Shown here piece after piece: positions 1 through 10,862 of a stretch of 64,000 bases of DNA (position 1 is the first letter of the stretch; each line of letters begins with the position of its first letter). The DNA lies in contig CAYWWR010000001.1 in NCBI GenBank assembly GCA_964462165.1, positions 1,881 through 65,880 on the forward strand. The letters run 5' to 3'. Made by a program: the position numbers and the translations under genes. The stretch is from an uncultured Nitrosopumilaceae archaeon. GTDB lineage: Archaea; Thermoproteota; Nitrososphaeria; Nitrososphaerales; Nitrosopumilaceae. The notes under the pieces are model-generated. The model was not told the origin of the DNA. It ran no database searches and saw only the letters and a program-made list of their open reading frames with translations.

Positions 1-665
1 AGACAGCATTTTACTTTTTGATGTGGCAGTAGATGATGCATCTAAAGTAGTGACTGACTCTGTCAGTATTACTTTTCTTGATGCAGATGTTGTCAAGGAA
101 TCATGAACCATGAGTGTTTCAGGTAACGATATATTTCTTGACGCATCTGTTGATGATGCATCAGATAATACCATTGTTTCAGATAATGTTGCTTTTCTTG
201 ATGCTGCTGTTGATACCAAGTCATTACCAATGACTGATTCTGTCAGGGTTATTTTTCTCTGAGCTGTTGTTGATGACGTGTCTGATGTAGTGACTGATTC
301 AGTCAATGTTATTTTCTTGGCAATTGATGTTGACAGGGAACTAGTACTAGTTACAGTCTCAGATAGACTTGCTTTTCTTGCAACAGTGGTAGATAGATCA
401 TCAGAAACGATAAGCGACTCTGTCAATGTTGCTCTTTTCATTATAGCGGTTGATACCAAGTCATGTTCAGTGACTGATTCTGTTGGATTTGCTTTTCGTA
501 AAGTCGATGATAGTGAAGTACTTGAAGCAATGACTGATTCAGATAGTGTTTTACCCTTACCTTCAGATACAACACCTTGATCAGCAGATGTCACAGTCTC
601 AGTTAACACCTTCTTTATAGCTGCAGAATGTATTAGCGAGTCAGATGTAGTGACTTCTTCAGCAA
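1..665 (-). repeat. Intragenic 60-nt (20-aa) tandem repeats, consensus LTESVTxSDxxSTxxxRKxT, about 11 units
   Basis: 60-nt periodicity (GTGACTGATTC / TTTTCTTG motifs align line to line). Confidence 0.85.
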
Positions 666-3600
666 GGTTATTGCCAAATCCCAGTTGTGTATTAAATTGA
701 ATAAAGCTTGCAGCACTTGCAGCAGTACCTGCATTTGTCACATCAGTTGTTCCATCAAATAATAATTCTTGGGCCCATGCAGTAGCAGAACCCTGTGTAG
801 CACTTCGCCACACCTCAAGAACTAGAACATCACCTGATTGCGCTGTTACAGAACTTCCGGACACAGTGAAAACCCTGCCTTGTGTTGTAGCAACCCACTC
901 TGTTCCAAGTGCAGTGGAACCATCATAGACATATCCAACTACACTGCTAGTTGATGGTCTCCAGACATAGATAGAGGCTTGGAAGAACGAGTTTGCATTG
1001 GCATTTGTTTCAAGGGATTGTAGCCCAAGTGTCCATGTTCCAGCAGGTATTGTTTGATCAGCAAGTGGCGGTGAAGTAAATCTTGCAATGTAATTATCCT
1101 GTGCAGCAGTCTGTGCAAGACTGGTCAAAGACTTGGTTGCCTGCGATGTCCCAATCAGTGACGACATGGATAGATCTTCAAATCCAGTGCCACTGTTACC
1201 CTTGAATGTTCCAACAGGTAATGCAGTAGAATGTTCTCCGTCGGTTGGAGCATCAGACGAGGTTGCTGCATGCAGATAAAGTTTTGTAAACTTGAAGACC
1301 AAGTTGGTAGGAGCTTCAATATAGCTTGCAGCACTTGAACCAGTACCACCATTTGTGACATCAGTTGTTCCATCAAATAATAATTCTTGGGCCCATGCAG
1401 TAGCAGCTGTCTGAGATGCAGCATGCCTCCAAACTTCAAAGACAAGAACATCACCATCTTTTACAGTGACAGAACTTCCAGATACAGTTACCAATACACC
1501 CTTTGTGGTTGTGCCCCACTCGGTTCCAAGTGCAGTGGTACTGTCATAGACATATCCAACTACACTGCTAGTTGAGGGCCTCCAAACATAGAGCGAACCT
1601 TGTAGCATTGAATTTGCACCAGCATTAGTTTCCAAGGTTTGTACTGCAAATGTCCAAGTACCTGCTGCAATTGTCTGTGCAGCAAGTGGCGGTGAAGTAA
1701 ATCTTGCAATGTAATTATCCTGTGCAGCAGTCTGTGCAAGACTGGTCAAAGACTTGGTTGCCTGCGATGTCCCAATCAGTGACGACATGGATAGATCTTC
1801 AAATCCAGTGCCACTGTTACCCTTGAATGTTCCAACAGGTAATGCAGTAGAATGTTCTCCGTCGGTTGGAGCATCAGGTGATGTGGCTGCATGTAGGTAT
1901 AGCTTTGCAACAGCAGGATCGTTTGCAACAAACCATGGTCTTGCTTCTGTAAAGCTAGAGTTTGTTACATAACTTATCGTCGCAGGACCCAATGCATACA
2001 ATTGTGGAAATTTCAATGGGACAGAGTATGAGTATTGTACAGAAGTAGCGTTCCCAATCAGACTTTTGTTCCATGATATGGTGGTGGAATTTCCAACAGT
2101 TTGTACTAGACCATCAGTTGTTACATGAAATACTGATGGAACAGTCTCTTGGATATTGATAGAGGTAGCATTGGTATAGGAAGATACATCAAGTCTTACG
2201 TTAAATGAATTTGGATTGTTAACTGGGTCTATCTTGCTTGCAGCAGTTCGAACAATATCAAATGGAAAACTCTTTTGCACTAGAAATGAAGTATTAAAAG
2301 TGGTTACACCAGATGGGTTTTTGGCAGCAACGTATACAGTATAGTTTCCTTCTTGCCCAGTGGTATATTGTGCACTATACAATCCACATTCTGTAGAGGG
2401 TATAACTCCATTTCCCGATGAAAGAATTGTTGAGAGCCCAACCGGATCTGTCACAGTCATCAAAACATTGGCATTGCATACAGAATGACCTTGATTGTCA
2501 AGTACTGCAATTACAAAGTTTGCAACATCATTTGGTTGGAAAATACTTTTATCAGTATTGAGTGAAACCAGCCCCCAAGAATAATCGGTTTGAGTTACAA
2601 AGGATTTACCATTTTGATTCAATGTAACCTGTACAATATACTTACCAGCACGAATTGACCTTTCAGATGCAAGTGAGATGTGAAATTTACCTTCCCTTAG
2701 TTTTGTAAATACGGTATTTATTGGAACTTTTGCTCCACTTGGATCAAACACAGTTACACTAATTGTAGAATTATTTCCAACCCACCTATTGTTTTGTCGC
2801 TGACTAGGATTTTCTTTTGTAACCTTGCCAGCCTTTTTCAGATTCTTATCAGAAAGAAACTCAAAATCAATTCCAGGCTTTTCTGTAATCAAATAATCAG
2901 ATTTTACTGGCGTTACTGAAGGTGTGATGGGTATTGCAGTCCCATTTACAACATCAGTTGCGTTTACAATATTGGTTGCATTTACAAGAGCAGTTCCGTT
3001 TGCAAGACTAGTACCGTTGATAATCCCGTTAACAGGAACAGTTCCGTTGATAATTTTGGTTCCATTGGTAATCAGAGTTCCATTTGTAGGAATTGTACCA
3101 TTGATGACCGTTCCTGAAATTGTTGTTCCATTGACTGCTCCATTGATTACGGCAGTTTGATTTACAGGAATGATACCAGTGGTAGCTGTTTGGTTGGTAG
3201 TGCCATTTACAGGTGCAATACCGTTTAGAACAGATGTAGTATTAGACTTGGTTTGTTTTTGAAGTGACAGTACGCCCTGATCGTATAGATTTTGAATTTG
3301 TGAGGAATCTAGCAATGAATCATACACGTTTACCTCGTCAATTTGACCACCAAACAGGTTTTGGACAGTAGTTTGAGGAGCCCTTACAGATTCTTGGGCA
3401 CCAATGATTACATCTGCCTGTGATGTCAGATTAGCAATTGTCGTTGTCTCAAGATGTCCAGAAAGCGATATCCCTATCGTGCTCACAGGTACACTGGCTT
3501 CTTGTTTTCCGTTGACATAGATTGCAATAGATGTCCCATTAAACGTGGCAGCAAGATGAGTCCAATCTTGAGGAATTTGTGATGTTGATTCAACAGTATG

Positions 3601-5691
3601 CCATTGTATACCGTCATAGATTGAAAATATTGCAACTTTTTTTGGCGGTATGTAATTGTTTATTGCAAGCAAAAACGATCTGTCCTTGCTTAGGACAGTA
3701 TATTCAGATGATCCTTTTTGATAATCCGGTTTCACCCATGTAGAAAGTGTAAAGTGTGATATTTGATCTGTTGAAGTCATGTTTTGAGACATGTACCCAT
3801 GACCTGAGAGCTCAAGTGCAGTGCCATTTACACCAGATGTTGAAATTGATGCATCACCAAATGTGTTTGATGGATTCTGCGAAGTTGAGCTAAAGTTTAC
3901 TTCTGCACTAGGTGTTGGAACTGGAATTGTACCAATGTTTTGAGGAATAACAACCGGTGGTGTAACAACAGATGGTGTAAATTCTGTAGAATCTACAGTT
4001 GATTTGTAGATACCATTTATTTGTACATCATCAAGATATGTATCATATATTGAAACTTCGTCAATCAAACCATTAAACGGATTACTTGTTTGCGTGTTTT
4101 CTAATTGAGATCCTATCAATACATCAGACTGGGAGTTTAGAGTTGCAAGACCTGATTGAATTTGTCCAGATTGTGAAATTCCAATTTCTGATACAGGCTG
4201 GCTTGCATCAAGAATTCCATTTACATAGATATCTATTGCACTTCCATTAAACGTGGCAGCAAGATGAGTCCAACCTATTGGAATTTTTTCTTTAGATTCT
4301 ACAGTATGCCACGTTATCCCATCAAAGACTGAAAATGATGCAGTTCCCTCTCCAGATACAATATTGCCTATTTGAAATAGAAATGAATTGGCTTTGTTTA
4401 GAATTGTGAATGTTTGTCCCCCGGTACCATAGTCAGGGCTGACCCATGCAGACAGGCTCAGATTTGAAAGTCGGTCTGTTTCAGGAATACTCTCAGACAC
4501 ATACCCACCAGACGTGAGTTGCAAGGCAGTCCCCAATATACCACCATCCACAATTGTAGCGTTTTTTGCCATGTTTTCAGGAGAAACTGAATCTGGACTG
4601 AAATCAAAGTAACGGACTAGTCCTGACATGTTTGTTGGAAATTGTACAGTTGTAGCGTTTGAATTTGAAAAGACAGGACCGAGATTTGTAACATTAGTTT
4701 GAGTTGTAACATTTGATGGAATTTGCGTAGTATTGGTTTGAGTTGTTACATTTGAAGGAATTTGTAGAGTGGTGGAATTGGTAACAGTTGCATTTGATGG
4801 AATTTGAGAAATGGTAGAGTTTGAGCTTGACAACACGGGGTTGAGATTGGTAACATTAGTTTGATTTATCATATTTGAGTGAATATCAGATGTGTTGTTC
4901 CCATTCTGTGGAATATTGTATGTGTTATTTCCATCGGAGAAAAGCGGCTGATCATCCACAATATTGTCAACAATATAACCATTTGACGGAGTGATTTGTA
5001 CATCACTGATTTCACCAGCAAAGAAATTATTTTCTCCCAGTCCGTCTGTTGAAGATCCTATCAAGAGATCAGCATCAGAAATATCACCATATGAAATTGG
5101 AAAAAGATCATCAAGTGTGGGAAGCTGTACAAGACTAGATGAATCAATTGTACCGTTAATGTAAATGGCAATAGAGCGTCCGTCAAAAACACCAAGCAGT
5201 TTTGTCCATTGTGAATTGATCTGTTTTTTTGATTCAACTACATGCCATGCAGTTCCGTCATATACTGAAAATTCAGCATGATATGATTTTCCCAAAGGTT
5301 TGAGATAAAGTGAAAATGATTCGGGTTTACTCAATATTGTAAATTGATTTGATGATACATCATAGTTGGGTTTTATCCAAGCAGATACTACCAAATTTTT
5401 TACATGTCCGATTTTTGAGCTTGCAATTTTTACATAATCATTGTTTCCATCAAAGTTTAATGAATGTCCAGTTGGACCATCCATCACCCGTATAGTATTA
5501 GAAAAAGTAATTTGATCAGGGTTGAGATTATCAAAACCCCATGTAAGAATTTCTTTGATTATCCCAGAGCTTGTATCTAATGATTCGTCTTGGGCTTGTA
5601 CCGTTCCCCCATTGGACCCAAATGATGCATACGATATTCCAACAGATAAAAATGAAATTGCCAAATAATGCAATATGTGTTTTTTTTGCAA
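1..5691 (-). CDS. Giant secreted/surface protein (>1890 aa, runs off the left edge): signal peptide, 3 LamG/ConA-like domains, N/T-rich linkers, two 207-aa repeats, 20-aa repeat stalk
   Basis: TTG at 5691 reads MQKKHILHYLAISFLSVGISYASFG. The same frame reads LTESVTTLDASSTATSKSKMLS at the window edge. LamG motifs (SAWIKP, WTHLAATFNG, IYVNG, GQIDEV) lie at about 4990-5500, 4050-4600 and 3320-3880. Absent from the ORF track, consistent with no stop inside the window. Confidence 0.85.
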   Translation of the reverse strand, partial: MQKKHILHYLAISFLSVGISYASFGSNGGTVQAQDESLDTSSGIIKEILTWGFDNLNPDQITFSNTIRVMDGPTGHSLNFDGNNDYVKIASSKIGHVKNLVVSAWIKPNYDVSSNQFTILSKPESFSLYLKPLGKSYHAEFSVYDGTAWHVVESKKQINSQWTKLLGVFDGRSIAIYINGTIDSSSLVQLPTLDDLFPISYGDISDADLLIGSSTDGLGENNFFAGEISDVQITPSNGYIVDNIVDDQPLFSDGNNTYNIPQNGNNTSDIHSNMINQTNVTNLNPVLSSSNSTISQIPSNATVTNSTTLQIPSNVTTQTNTTQIPSNVTTQTNVTNLGPVFSNSNATTVQFPTNMSGLVRYFDFSPDSVSPENMAKNATIVDGGILGTALQLTSGGYVSESIPETDRLSNLSLSAWVSPDYGTGGQTFTILNKANSFLFQIGNIVSGEGTASFSVFDGITWHTVESKEKIPIGWTHLAATFNGSAIDIYVNGILDASQPVSEIGISQSGQIQSGLATLNSQSDVLIGSQLENTQTSNPFNGLIDEVSIYDTYLDDVQINGIYKSTVDSTEFTPSVVTPPVVIPQNIGTIPVPTPSAEVNFSSTSQNPSNTFGDASISTSGVNGTALELSGHGYMSQNMTSTDQISHFTLSTWVKPDYQKGSSEYTVLSKDRSFLLAINNYIPPKKVAIFSIYDGIQWHTVESTSQIPQDWTHLAATFNGTSIAIYVNGKQEASVPVSTIGISLSGHLETTTIANLTSQADVIIGAQESVRAPQTTVQNLFGGQIDEVNVYDSLLDSSQIQNLYDQGVLSLQKQTKSNTTSVLNGIAPVNGTTNQTATTGIIPVNQTAVINGAVNGTTISGTVINGTIPTNGTLITNGTKIINGTVPVNGIINGTSLANGTALVNATNIVNATDVVNGTAIPITPSVTPVKSDYLITEKPGIDFEFLSDKNLKKAGKVTKENPSQRQNNRWVGNNSTISVTVFDPSGAKVPINTVFTKLREGKFHISLASERSIRAGKYIVQVTLNQNGKSFVTQTDYSWGLVSLNTDKSIFQPNDVANFVIAVLDNQGHSVCNANVLMTVTDPVGLSTILSSGNGVIPSTECGLYSAQYTTGQEGNYTVYVAAKNPSGVTTFNTSFLVQKSFPFDIVRTAASKIDPVNNPNSFNVRLDVSSYTNATSINIQETVPSVFHVTTDGLVQTVGNSTTISWNKSLIGNATSVQYSYSVPLKFPQLYALGPATISYVTNSSFTEARPWFVANDPAVAKLYLHAATSPDAPTDGEHSTALPVGTFKGNSGTGFEDLSMSSLIGTSQATKSLTSLAQTAAQDNYIARFTSPPLAAQTIAAGTWTFAVQTLETNAGANSMLQGSLYVWRPSTSSVVGYVYDSTTALGTEWGTTTKGVLVTVSGSSVTVKDGDVLVFEVWRHAASQTAATAWAQELLFDGTTDVTNGGTGSSAASYIEAPTNLVFKFTKLYLHAATSSDAPTDGEHSTALPVGTFKGNSGTGFEDLSMSSLIGTSQATKSLTSLAQTAAQDNYIARFTSPPLADQTIPAGTWTLGLQSLETNANANSFFQASIYVWRPSTSSVVGYVYDGSTALGTEWVATTQGRVFTVSGSSVTAQSGDVLVLEVWRSATQGSATAWAQELLFDGTTDVTNAGTAASAASFIQFNTQLGFGNNLAEEVTTSDSLIHSAAIKKVLTETVTSADQGVVSEGKGKTLSESVIASSTSLSSTLRKANPTESVTEHDLVSTAIMKRATLTESLIVSDDLSTTVARKASLSETVTSTSSLSTSIAKKITLTESVTTSDTSSTTAQRKITLTESVIGNDLVSTAASRKATLSETMVLSDASSTDASRNISLPETLMVHDSLTTSASRKVILTESVTTLDASSTATSKSKMLS
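1059..1877. repeat. Perfect 198-bp direct repeat (1059-1256 = 1680-1877) within a 621-bp intragenic domain duplication
   Basis: CAGCAAGTGGCGGTG...GGAGCATCAG is identical in both copies at offset 621; flanking parts of the duplication are diverged. Confidence 0.9.
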
Positions 5692-6141
5692 AGAAGATCA
5701 TAAATGGCACAGATATTATATAAGCATATGAATTTTGATAGAAAAAATCATGATTTGAATGAAAAATTAATACAAACAATTTGAAACAATATCATATTTC
5801 TTACAGACAAACACATCTAACGTGTTACTGGATGAGATGCCAAAACATCGACTTGAGAGTGATTGATTTTTTAATTTATCAAGTTACCAGTCGGTTAATC
5901 CCTACATGTACCTATTGATAAAGAAATTCATGATTACCATATGGAAATACAAATAAGATAGAAACTTTATTTCCAGTACACATCTACCTTTAAGAACGAC
6001 AATTCACTTGAATCTTTTTAATTACAAAGGATATGATATAACATGAATCAAAACATATTTGAAAATATCATTAGTAACAAAGCAATCATGCCAGAAATAT
6101 CTAACTTTCTTTTAAATATGAGAAAAATGGTGATATGATAA

Positions 6142-6927
6142 TTGCAGGGTAATTTAACCAAGTCACATAGAAACAAATATCTCATTTTAGCTCTGCTTAC
6201 AATCGTAGGCATATGGAGTACAGGATATCTCCTAGGTCAAAAGGCGGCAACGCTAACAAGTGACTTTCTCTACATACCATTAACAATATTTTTGTCAATG
6301 ACAGCAATTTTTCAGGCACGTCAGGCATACATTGAACGCAAAAACGTTTTCATGTGGACAATATTTTTCATTTTTTCAATATCATTTCTTGTTGCACAAC
6401 ACATTTTTTCATTAGACGAAATAATACTTGATGAAAAACCATTCCCATCTTTGGCAGATGCTGCATTTATTATCGGTACAATATGTCTTGTTCCATTTTT
6501 CATATTATTTGTAAAATCATTAAAAGTATCAATTCCAAAATGGACAATAGTAGTAGCAATTCTCTCAAGCTGCGGTGTCACTGCAATAGCAACATATTTT
6601 TTCATACTAGCAGGTGACTTGGAACCATCACTGGACAATATTGTCTCACTTGCATATCCAATACTAGACAGCATATCACTTGCTCCTGCAGTAATTGGAA
6701 TGATACTATATTTTAGAAACAAGTTAAGCGTGTATGTACCAATAATATGTTTGTCAATGATATCAACATCCATTGGTGATTTGTTGTTCCAATTTACTGG
6801 AATTAATGGAACAGACTATTCAGGATCCATTTCTGATCTGTTCTTTTACATCCAGTATATTTTGTTGACATTTGGTGTTTACAGCATAGCAAATCCAAAA
6901 ATACAAAGAACTAGTGTAACAATATGA
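6142..6927 (+). CDS. Polytopic membrane protein (sensor-associated, MASE-like)
   Basis: About 7-8 hydrophobic segments, PFPSLAD and LAYPILD motifs; overlaps the kinase start (ATGA). Confidence 0.7.
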   Translation: MQGNLTKSHRNKYLILALLTIVGIWSTGYLLGQKAATLTSDFLYIPLTIFLSMTAIFQARQAYIERKNVFMWTIFFIFSISFLVAQHIFSLDEIILDEKPFPSLADAAFIIGTICLVPFFILFVKSLKVSIPKWTIVVAILSSCGVTAIATYFFILAGDLEPSLDNIVSLAYPILDSISLAPAVIGMILYFRNKLSVYVPIICLSMISTSIGDLLFQFTGINGTDYSGSISDLFFYIQYILLTFGVYSIANPKIQRTSVTI

Positions 6928-9281
6928 AATTTAGTTTTGCAATATTTCTATTGGCTTTTGTTTTGATAACACTTGGTGTAATGAGCTGGATGTATTTTTT
7001 ATATGAATTCAAAAATACAACAGAAGACAATATCAAGAAAAATGCTGAAAAAATAAACCTCATGATGATAAATAGAATTGATAGTTATGTCACCGATAGA
7101 ATTGTGGATGTGGTAAACCTCTCAAATGATGAAACCATAACATCTGCGGCAACAGCATCTACAGCACAATTTTCCAATATGCAAGATCCTGAACAATACA
7201 TAAATGAAAATGACTTGAACTGGACAACATCCCCCAGAGATAAAATCACCCCATTCATGGACGGATTGATCAACAACCCAGCATCAGACAAGCTCAGAGA
7301 AGTCCAGCAATCAGAAAAGACGTTATTTCACGATGATGTATACGGTGAAATATTTTTCACTAATGCATATGGAGCCAATGTAGCCCAGACAGACAAAACC
7401 ACAGATTACAGACAAGATGACGAATCATGGTGGCAAGAAGCAAGTAAGAATGGAGTATACGTAGGAAAAATAGAGGTAGACAATAGTTCAGGATTTTCAT
7501 CTTTTGCAATCTCCAAGAGCATTCAAGACAAGAATGGAAATTTTGTAGGGGTGATAAAGGCAGTTACAAACATCCAGCAAGTAATCAACATCATCAATAC
7601 GCAGATGAAATCGGGCCAATATACCCCAGCAGGATATGAATTGATATCCCCTGATGGATTGGTTCTATATTCTACAGATGCCAATGAAAAGTCGTTTTCA
7701 TCCATGCATGACAATGATTTTATGAGCAACATGAAGGGTAATTCTGGAACATTTGCATACACTGATCCAAATTCAGATGATCAACAAATAATTGCATATG
7801 CAAAATCATCTAGTTCCAAAGTAGAACCGCTATTTGACTGGATATTTGTTACAGAATACAAATCAGCAGATGTTTTGAAACCAATTAGTCAGCTATCAAA
7901 CATAATGATTACAATTATGATAGTTACAATCACTGCAGTATCAATTGTTGTATTTTTTATAGCACATAGACTTTCAAGTCCAATTGAAAAAATTCGACAA
8001 GGGTTGAGAGAATACATTGGTGGAAACAATGTAGAGATCACAGTAAACGGAACAGAGGAGATAGAGGTATTGGCATCAGATGTAAACCATTTGATGAGAA
8101 GACTCACAGAGAACAATCAAGACACCATTGCAGCTAAGGAAAAATACAAGGCATTATTCCAATTAACCCCAACTTGTGTGATTCTTGCGGATGCAAATTT
8201 AAAAATCACTGACCTGAATAATGCATTTTCAGAACTGTTTGGATATACTAAAAATGAAGTCATCGGAAAACCTGCGTCATTTTTGATTGCAAGTGAGAGT
8301 TTGGCTAAATATCACGAGTTTGTAGAAAAATACGAGCAAAATGCAGATTTCCATGACGAACCATTTGTACACAAGAGAAAAGACGGTACAACATTTCCAT
8401 CACTAGTAAATGTTAAAAGTATCCACGATATAGACAAAAAATTTGTAGCCAATCTGGTAACTATAAAAGACATAAAAGATATCGAGGAGATAAAAAAGAA
8501 ACTAGAAGAAAATGAGGCCGCAATACTAAATCAATACTTGCAGCTAACCCAAACAAATGAACTAAAAGAGCAATTTTCAGCAATGATATCTCACGAATTG
8601 AGCACACCATTGTTTCCAATCAAGTTTTATGCAGAGATGCTCAGAGACCCTACAGTATTAGGCAAATTAAACAACGAACAACGTAATGCTATAGATGAGA
8701 TTTATCAAAATGCTTTACGCCTAGAAAGTTTAACTGGAGACATCTTGGATGCACAAAAACTTGACATGAAGACAATGAGATTCAACAAGACAGAATTGGA
8801 ACTTGATAAATTCATGGCCGATGTGACGCATGACAACACTGCAGTAACATCATCAAAGACAATCGAGTTTGTAAATCTCACCAAAGATAAAATTACAACC
8901 ATTAGCGATCCATTTAGACTAAAACAAGTCTTTTCAAATCTAATAGTAAATTCAGTTGATTTTACAGCAGAAAATACTGGAAAAATTGAGATCGGTGCCA
9001 ACGTGCAAGAAAAAGACATTTTATTCCATGTTAAAGATAATGGAGCTGGAATCCCCAAAGAAAAACAATCACATCTATTTACAAAATTCTACCAAATAGA
9101 CACATCTCTTAAAAGAAAACATCGCGGTAGCGGTCTTGGTCTTTCAATCTGTAAAGGAATCATCGAAGGATTAGGCGGTAAAATATGGCTTGAAAGTGCA
9201 GTAGACTTGGGCACAGTAGTATACTTTACAATTCCAAGAACAGACAATGATTCACCCAAAGGTGCAAACCATGGCACGTGA
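6924..9281 (+). CDS. Sensor histidine kinase (TM-Cache-TM-HAMP-PAS-HisKA-HATPase)
   Basis: H-box ISHELSTPL, N-box QVFSNLIVNS, G1 DNGAGI, G2 GSGLGLSIC, PAS motif HKRKDGTTFP. Confidence 0.92.
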   Translation: MKFSFAIFLLAFVLITLGVMSWMYFLYEFKNTTEDNIKKNAEKINLMMINRIDSYVTDRIVDVVNLSNDETITSAATASTAQFSNMQDPEQYINENDLNWTTSPRDKITPFMDGLINNPASDKLREVQQSEKTLFHDDVYGEIFFTNAYGANVAQTDKTTDYRQDDESWWQEASKNGVYVGKIEVDNSSGFSSFAISKSIQDKNGNFVGVIKAVTNIQQVINIINTQMKSGQYTPAGYELISPDGLVLYSTDANEKSFSSMHDNDFMSNMKGNSGTFAYTDPNSDDQQIIAYAKSSSSKVEPLFDWIFVTEYKSADVLKPISQLSNIMITIMIVTITAVSIVVFFIAHRLSSPIEKIRQGLREYIGGNNVEITVNGTEEIEVLASDVNHLMRRLTENNQDTIAAKEKYKALFQLTPTCVILADANLKITDLNNAFSELFGYTKNEVIGKPASFLIASESLAKYHEFVEKYEQNADFHDEPFVHKRKDGTTFPSLVNVKSIHDIDKKFVANLVTIKDIKDIEEIKKKLEENEAAILNQYLQLTQTNELKEQFSAMISHELSTPLFPIKFYAEMLRDPTVLGKLNNEQRNAIDEIYQNALRLESLTGDILDAQKLDMKTMRFNKTELELDKFMADVTHDNTAVTSSKTIEFVNLTKDKITTISDPFRLKQVFSNLIVNSVDFTAENTGKIEIGANVQEKDILFHVKDNGAGIPKEKQSHLFTKFYQIDTSLKRKHRGSGLGLSICKGIIEGLGGKIWLESAVDLGTVVYFTIPRTDNDSPKGANHGT

Positions 9282-10281
9282 TGACAAGAATATTGATGAT
9301 TCACCTACTACACGCACTAGTCATGAAATAAAAGAGTTAGAACAGGAAAAAAATATTCTAAAAGACATAGCCGATGCATTGGAAGAAAAAGTAAGAGAAC
9401 AAGCAGATTCAAAAACAGAGATGGAGAAAAAACTTGCTGAAGATGATCAAAAAATAAATGAACTAGAGCAGGAAAAAAATCTTCAAAAAGATATATCAGA
9501 AATAAATGATGGCATTATACAAAAAACTTGTAAAAAACCACAGACTGTTGCTTTAATTGGCATGGTAATTGTAATTGGTGTAATCGGATCTCTTTATTAT
9601 GAAAACTATGTTTTGACAAATAGCACTGTAACAAAGTTTGAGCCAAATTACAATTCCAACTACATAATCCAAGATCTGCAAGGCAATACTGTTAACACGT
9701 GGGTAGCGTGGAACATTGCAGATAACAGGATAATACATGTCCATGTGACAAATACTGCAAACATTGGGCAAAACATGATTGATGTCATAAAGGATGCAAT
9801 TTTATCCACCAAGGCAGTTTCAATATTGAATTCAGATACAGGGAGAGGCTCACAAGGGTCGTCGATATATTATGTAGGATGGAAAGGAGCTGTAGAGAAT
9901 GCATATTCTGGACATACCAAAATGTACATACCTCAACAGTTTGATGTAAATGGCACACCTGGAGGCGTCGGCGACATTGAGATAATACTTACAAATGACA
10001 TAAATCCTGACGGATATTCTGGATACACCACATCGCTTGTTGATGGTAATGAAATTCTAAAATCCAAGATAACAATTTTCAAGGCAAACACGCTTGATCC
10101 TGACAGGCTTGAAGCAATCATGAGACATGAGTTTGGACATGCACTTGGACTTGCACACTCGACATCCCCTAATGATTTAATGTATCCAATGATTGCCGAT
10201 TACCCATACATTTCAGATTGTGATATCAACACACTAAAAGGACTGTATAATGAAGATGGCAACAGCAGACCAAACTGCTAA
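9271..10281 (+). CDS. Membrane-anchored matrixin-like (M10) zinc metalloprotease with N-terminal coiled coil
   Basis: HEFGHALGLAH and Met-turn DLMYP; TM segment after the coiled coil. ATG 9271 preferred over 9247. Confidence 0.85.
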   Translation: MARDDKNIDDSPTTRTSHEIKELEQEKNILKDIADALEEKVREQADSKTEMEKKLAEDDQKINELEQEKNLQKDISEINDGIIQKTCKKPQTVALIGMVIVIGVIGSLYYENYVLTNSTVTKFEPNYNSNYIIQDLQGNTVNTWVAWNIADNRIIHVHVTNTANIGQNMIDVIKDAILSTKAVSILNSDTGRGSQGSSIYYVGWKGAVENAYSGHTKMYIPQQFDVNGTPGGVGDIEIILTNDINPDGYSGYTTSLVDGNEILKSKITIFKANTLDPDRLEAIMRHEFGHALGLAHSTSPNDLMYPMIADYPYISDCDINTLKGLYNEDGNSRPNC

Positions 10282-10340
10282 AATTAATTATCATGCAATG
10301 TTAGCTAGTCATTTACAAAAGATCTTTACAAATAATTTTT

Positions 10341-10703
10341 TTAGCAAAGTGATGATATAACCTTGAGCAATATTTCTGCAGTAACGGGTTTTTTGAGACA
10401 TGATTTTACACCCCGTTTTAATAAATCATCAGACTGTAGAGTTGTAATTGACGATGCTGTAAGTACAATGATGTTTTGTTCTTTTAATTTTCCATTTTTT
10501 TCAAGTTCGTTTATTACATCATAGCCAGTAAATTCAGGCATTGCCAAATCAAGCAGGATGACATCAAATTTTTCTCTTGATAAAATATCTAATGCATTTC
10601 TTCCATCTAGACACACAGTGCAATCATAGCCCTTGATTGTAAGAAATTTCATCAACATGTTTGCTATGCTTTCGTTATCATCTACTAGCAATATCTTCAA
10701 CAT
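10341..10703 (-). CDS. Single-domain response regulator (CheY-like receiver)
   Basis: KILLVDD, DVILLDLAMP, LTAS, KKP; likely start MLKILLVDD at 10703. Confidence 0.9.
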   Translation of the reverse strand: MLKILLVDDNESIANMLMKFLTIKGYDCTVCLDGRNALDILSREKFDVILLDLAMPEFTGYDVINELEKNGKLKEQNIIVLTASSITTLQSDDLLKRGVKSCLKKPVTAEILLKVISSLC

Positions 10704-10862
10704 ATTCTCGCCTATTAGAAAATGTATATCACAGTATACTATATAGGGATTCATGCACAGCCATTTGTCTACAATTAGAAAATAAAGTGTGTTCATTTAC
10801 CTTTGAAGATATACCAGTCCAGATGTTAGATGTCTCAAGTAAAACTTGATTTATCAAATCGT

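Noticed and set aside
1059-1877. Diversity-generating retroelement TR/VR pair
   Set aside because: The copies are identical or generally diverged rather than differing only at adenines, both lie in one ORF, and no reverse transcriptase is in the window.
278-3160. Plus-strand ORFs 278-580, 1387-1575, 1754-1972 and 2924-3160
   Set aside because: Antisense shadows of the giant minus-strand gene. Most other short ORFs nested in long genes were dropped for the same reason.
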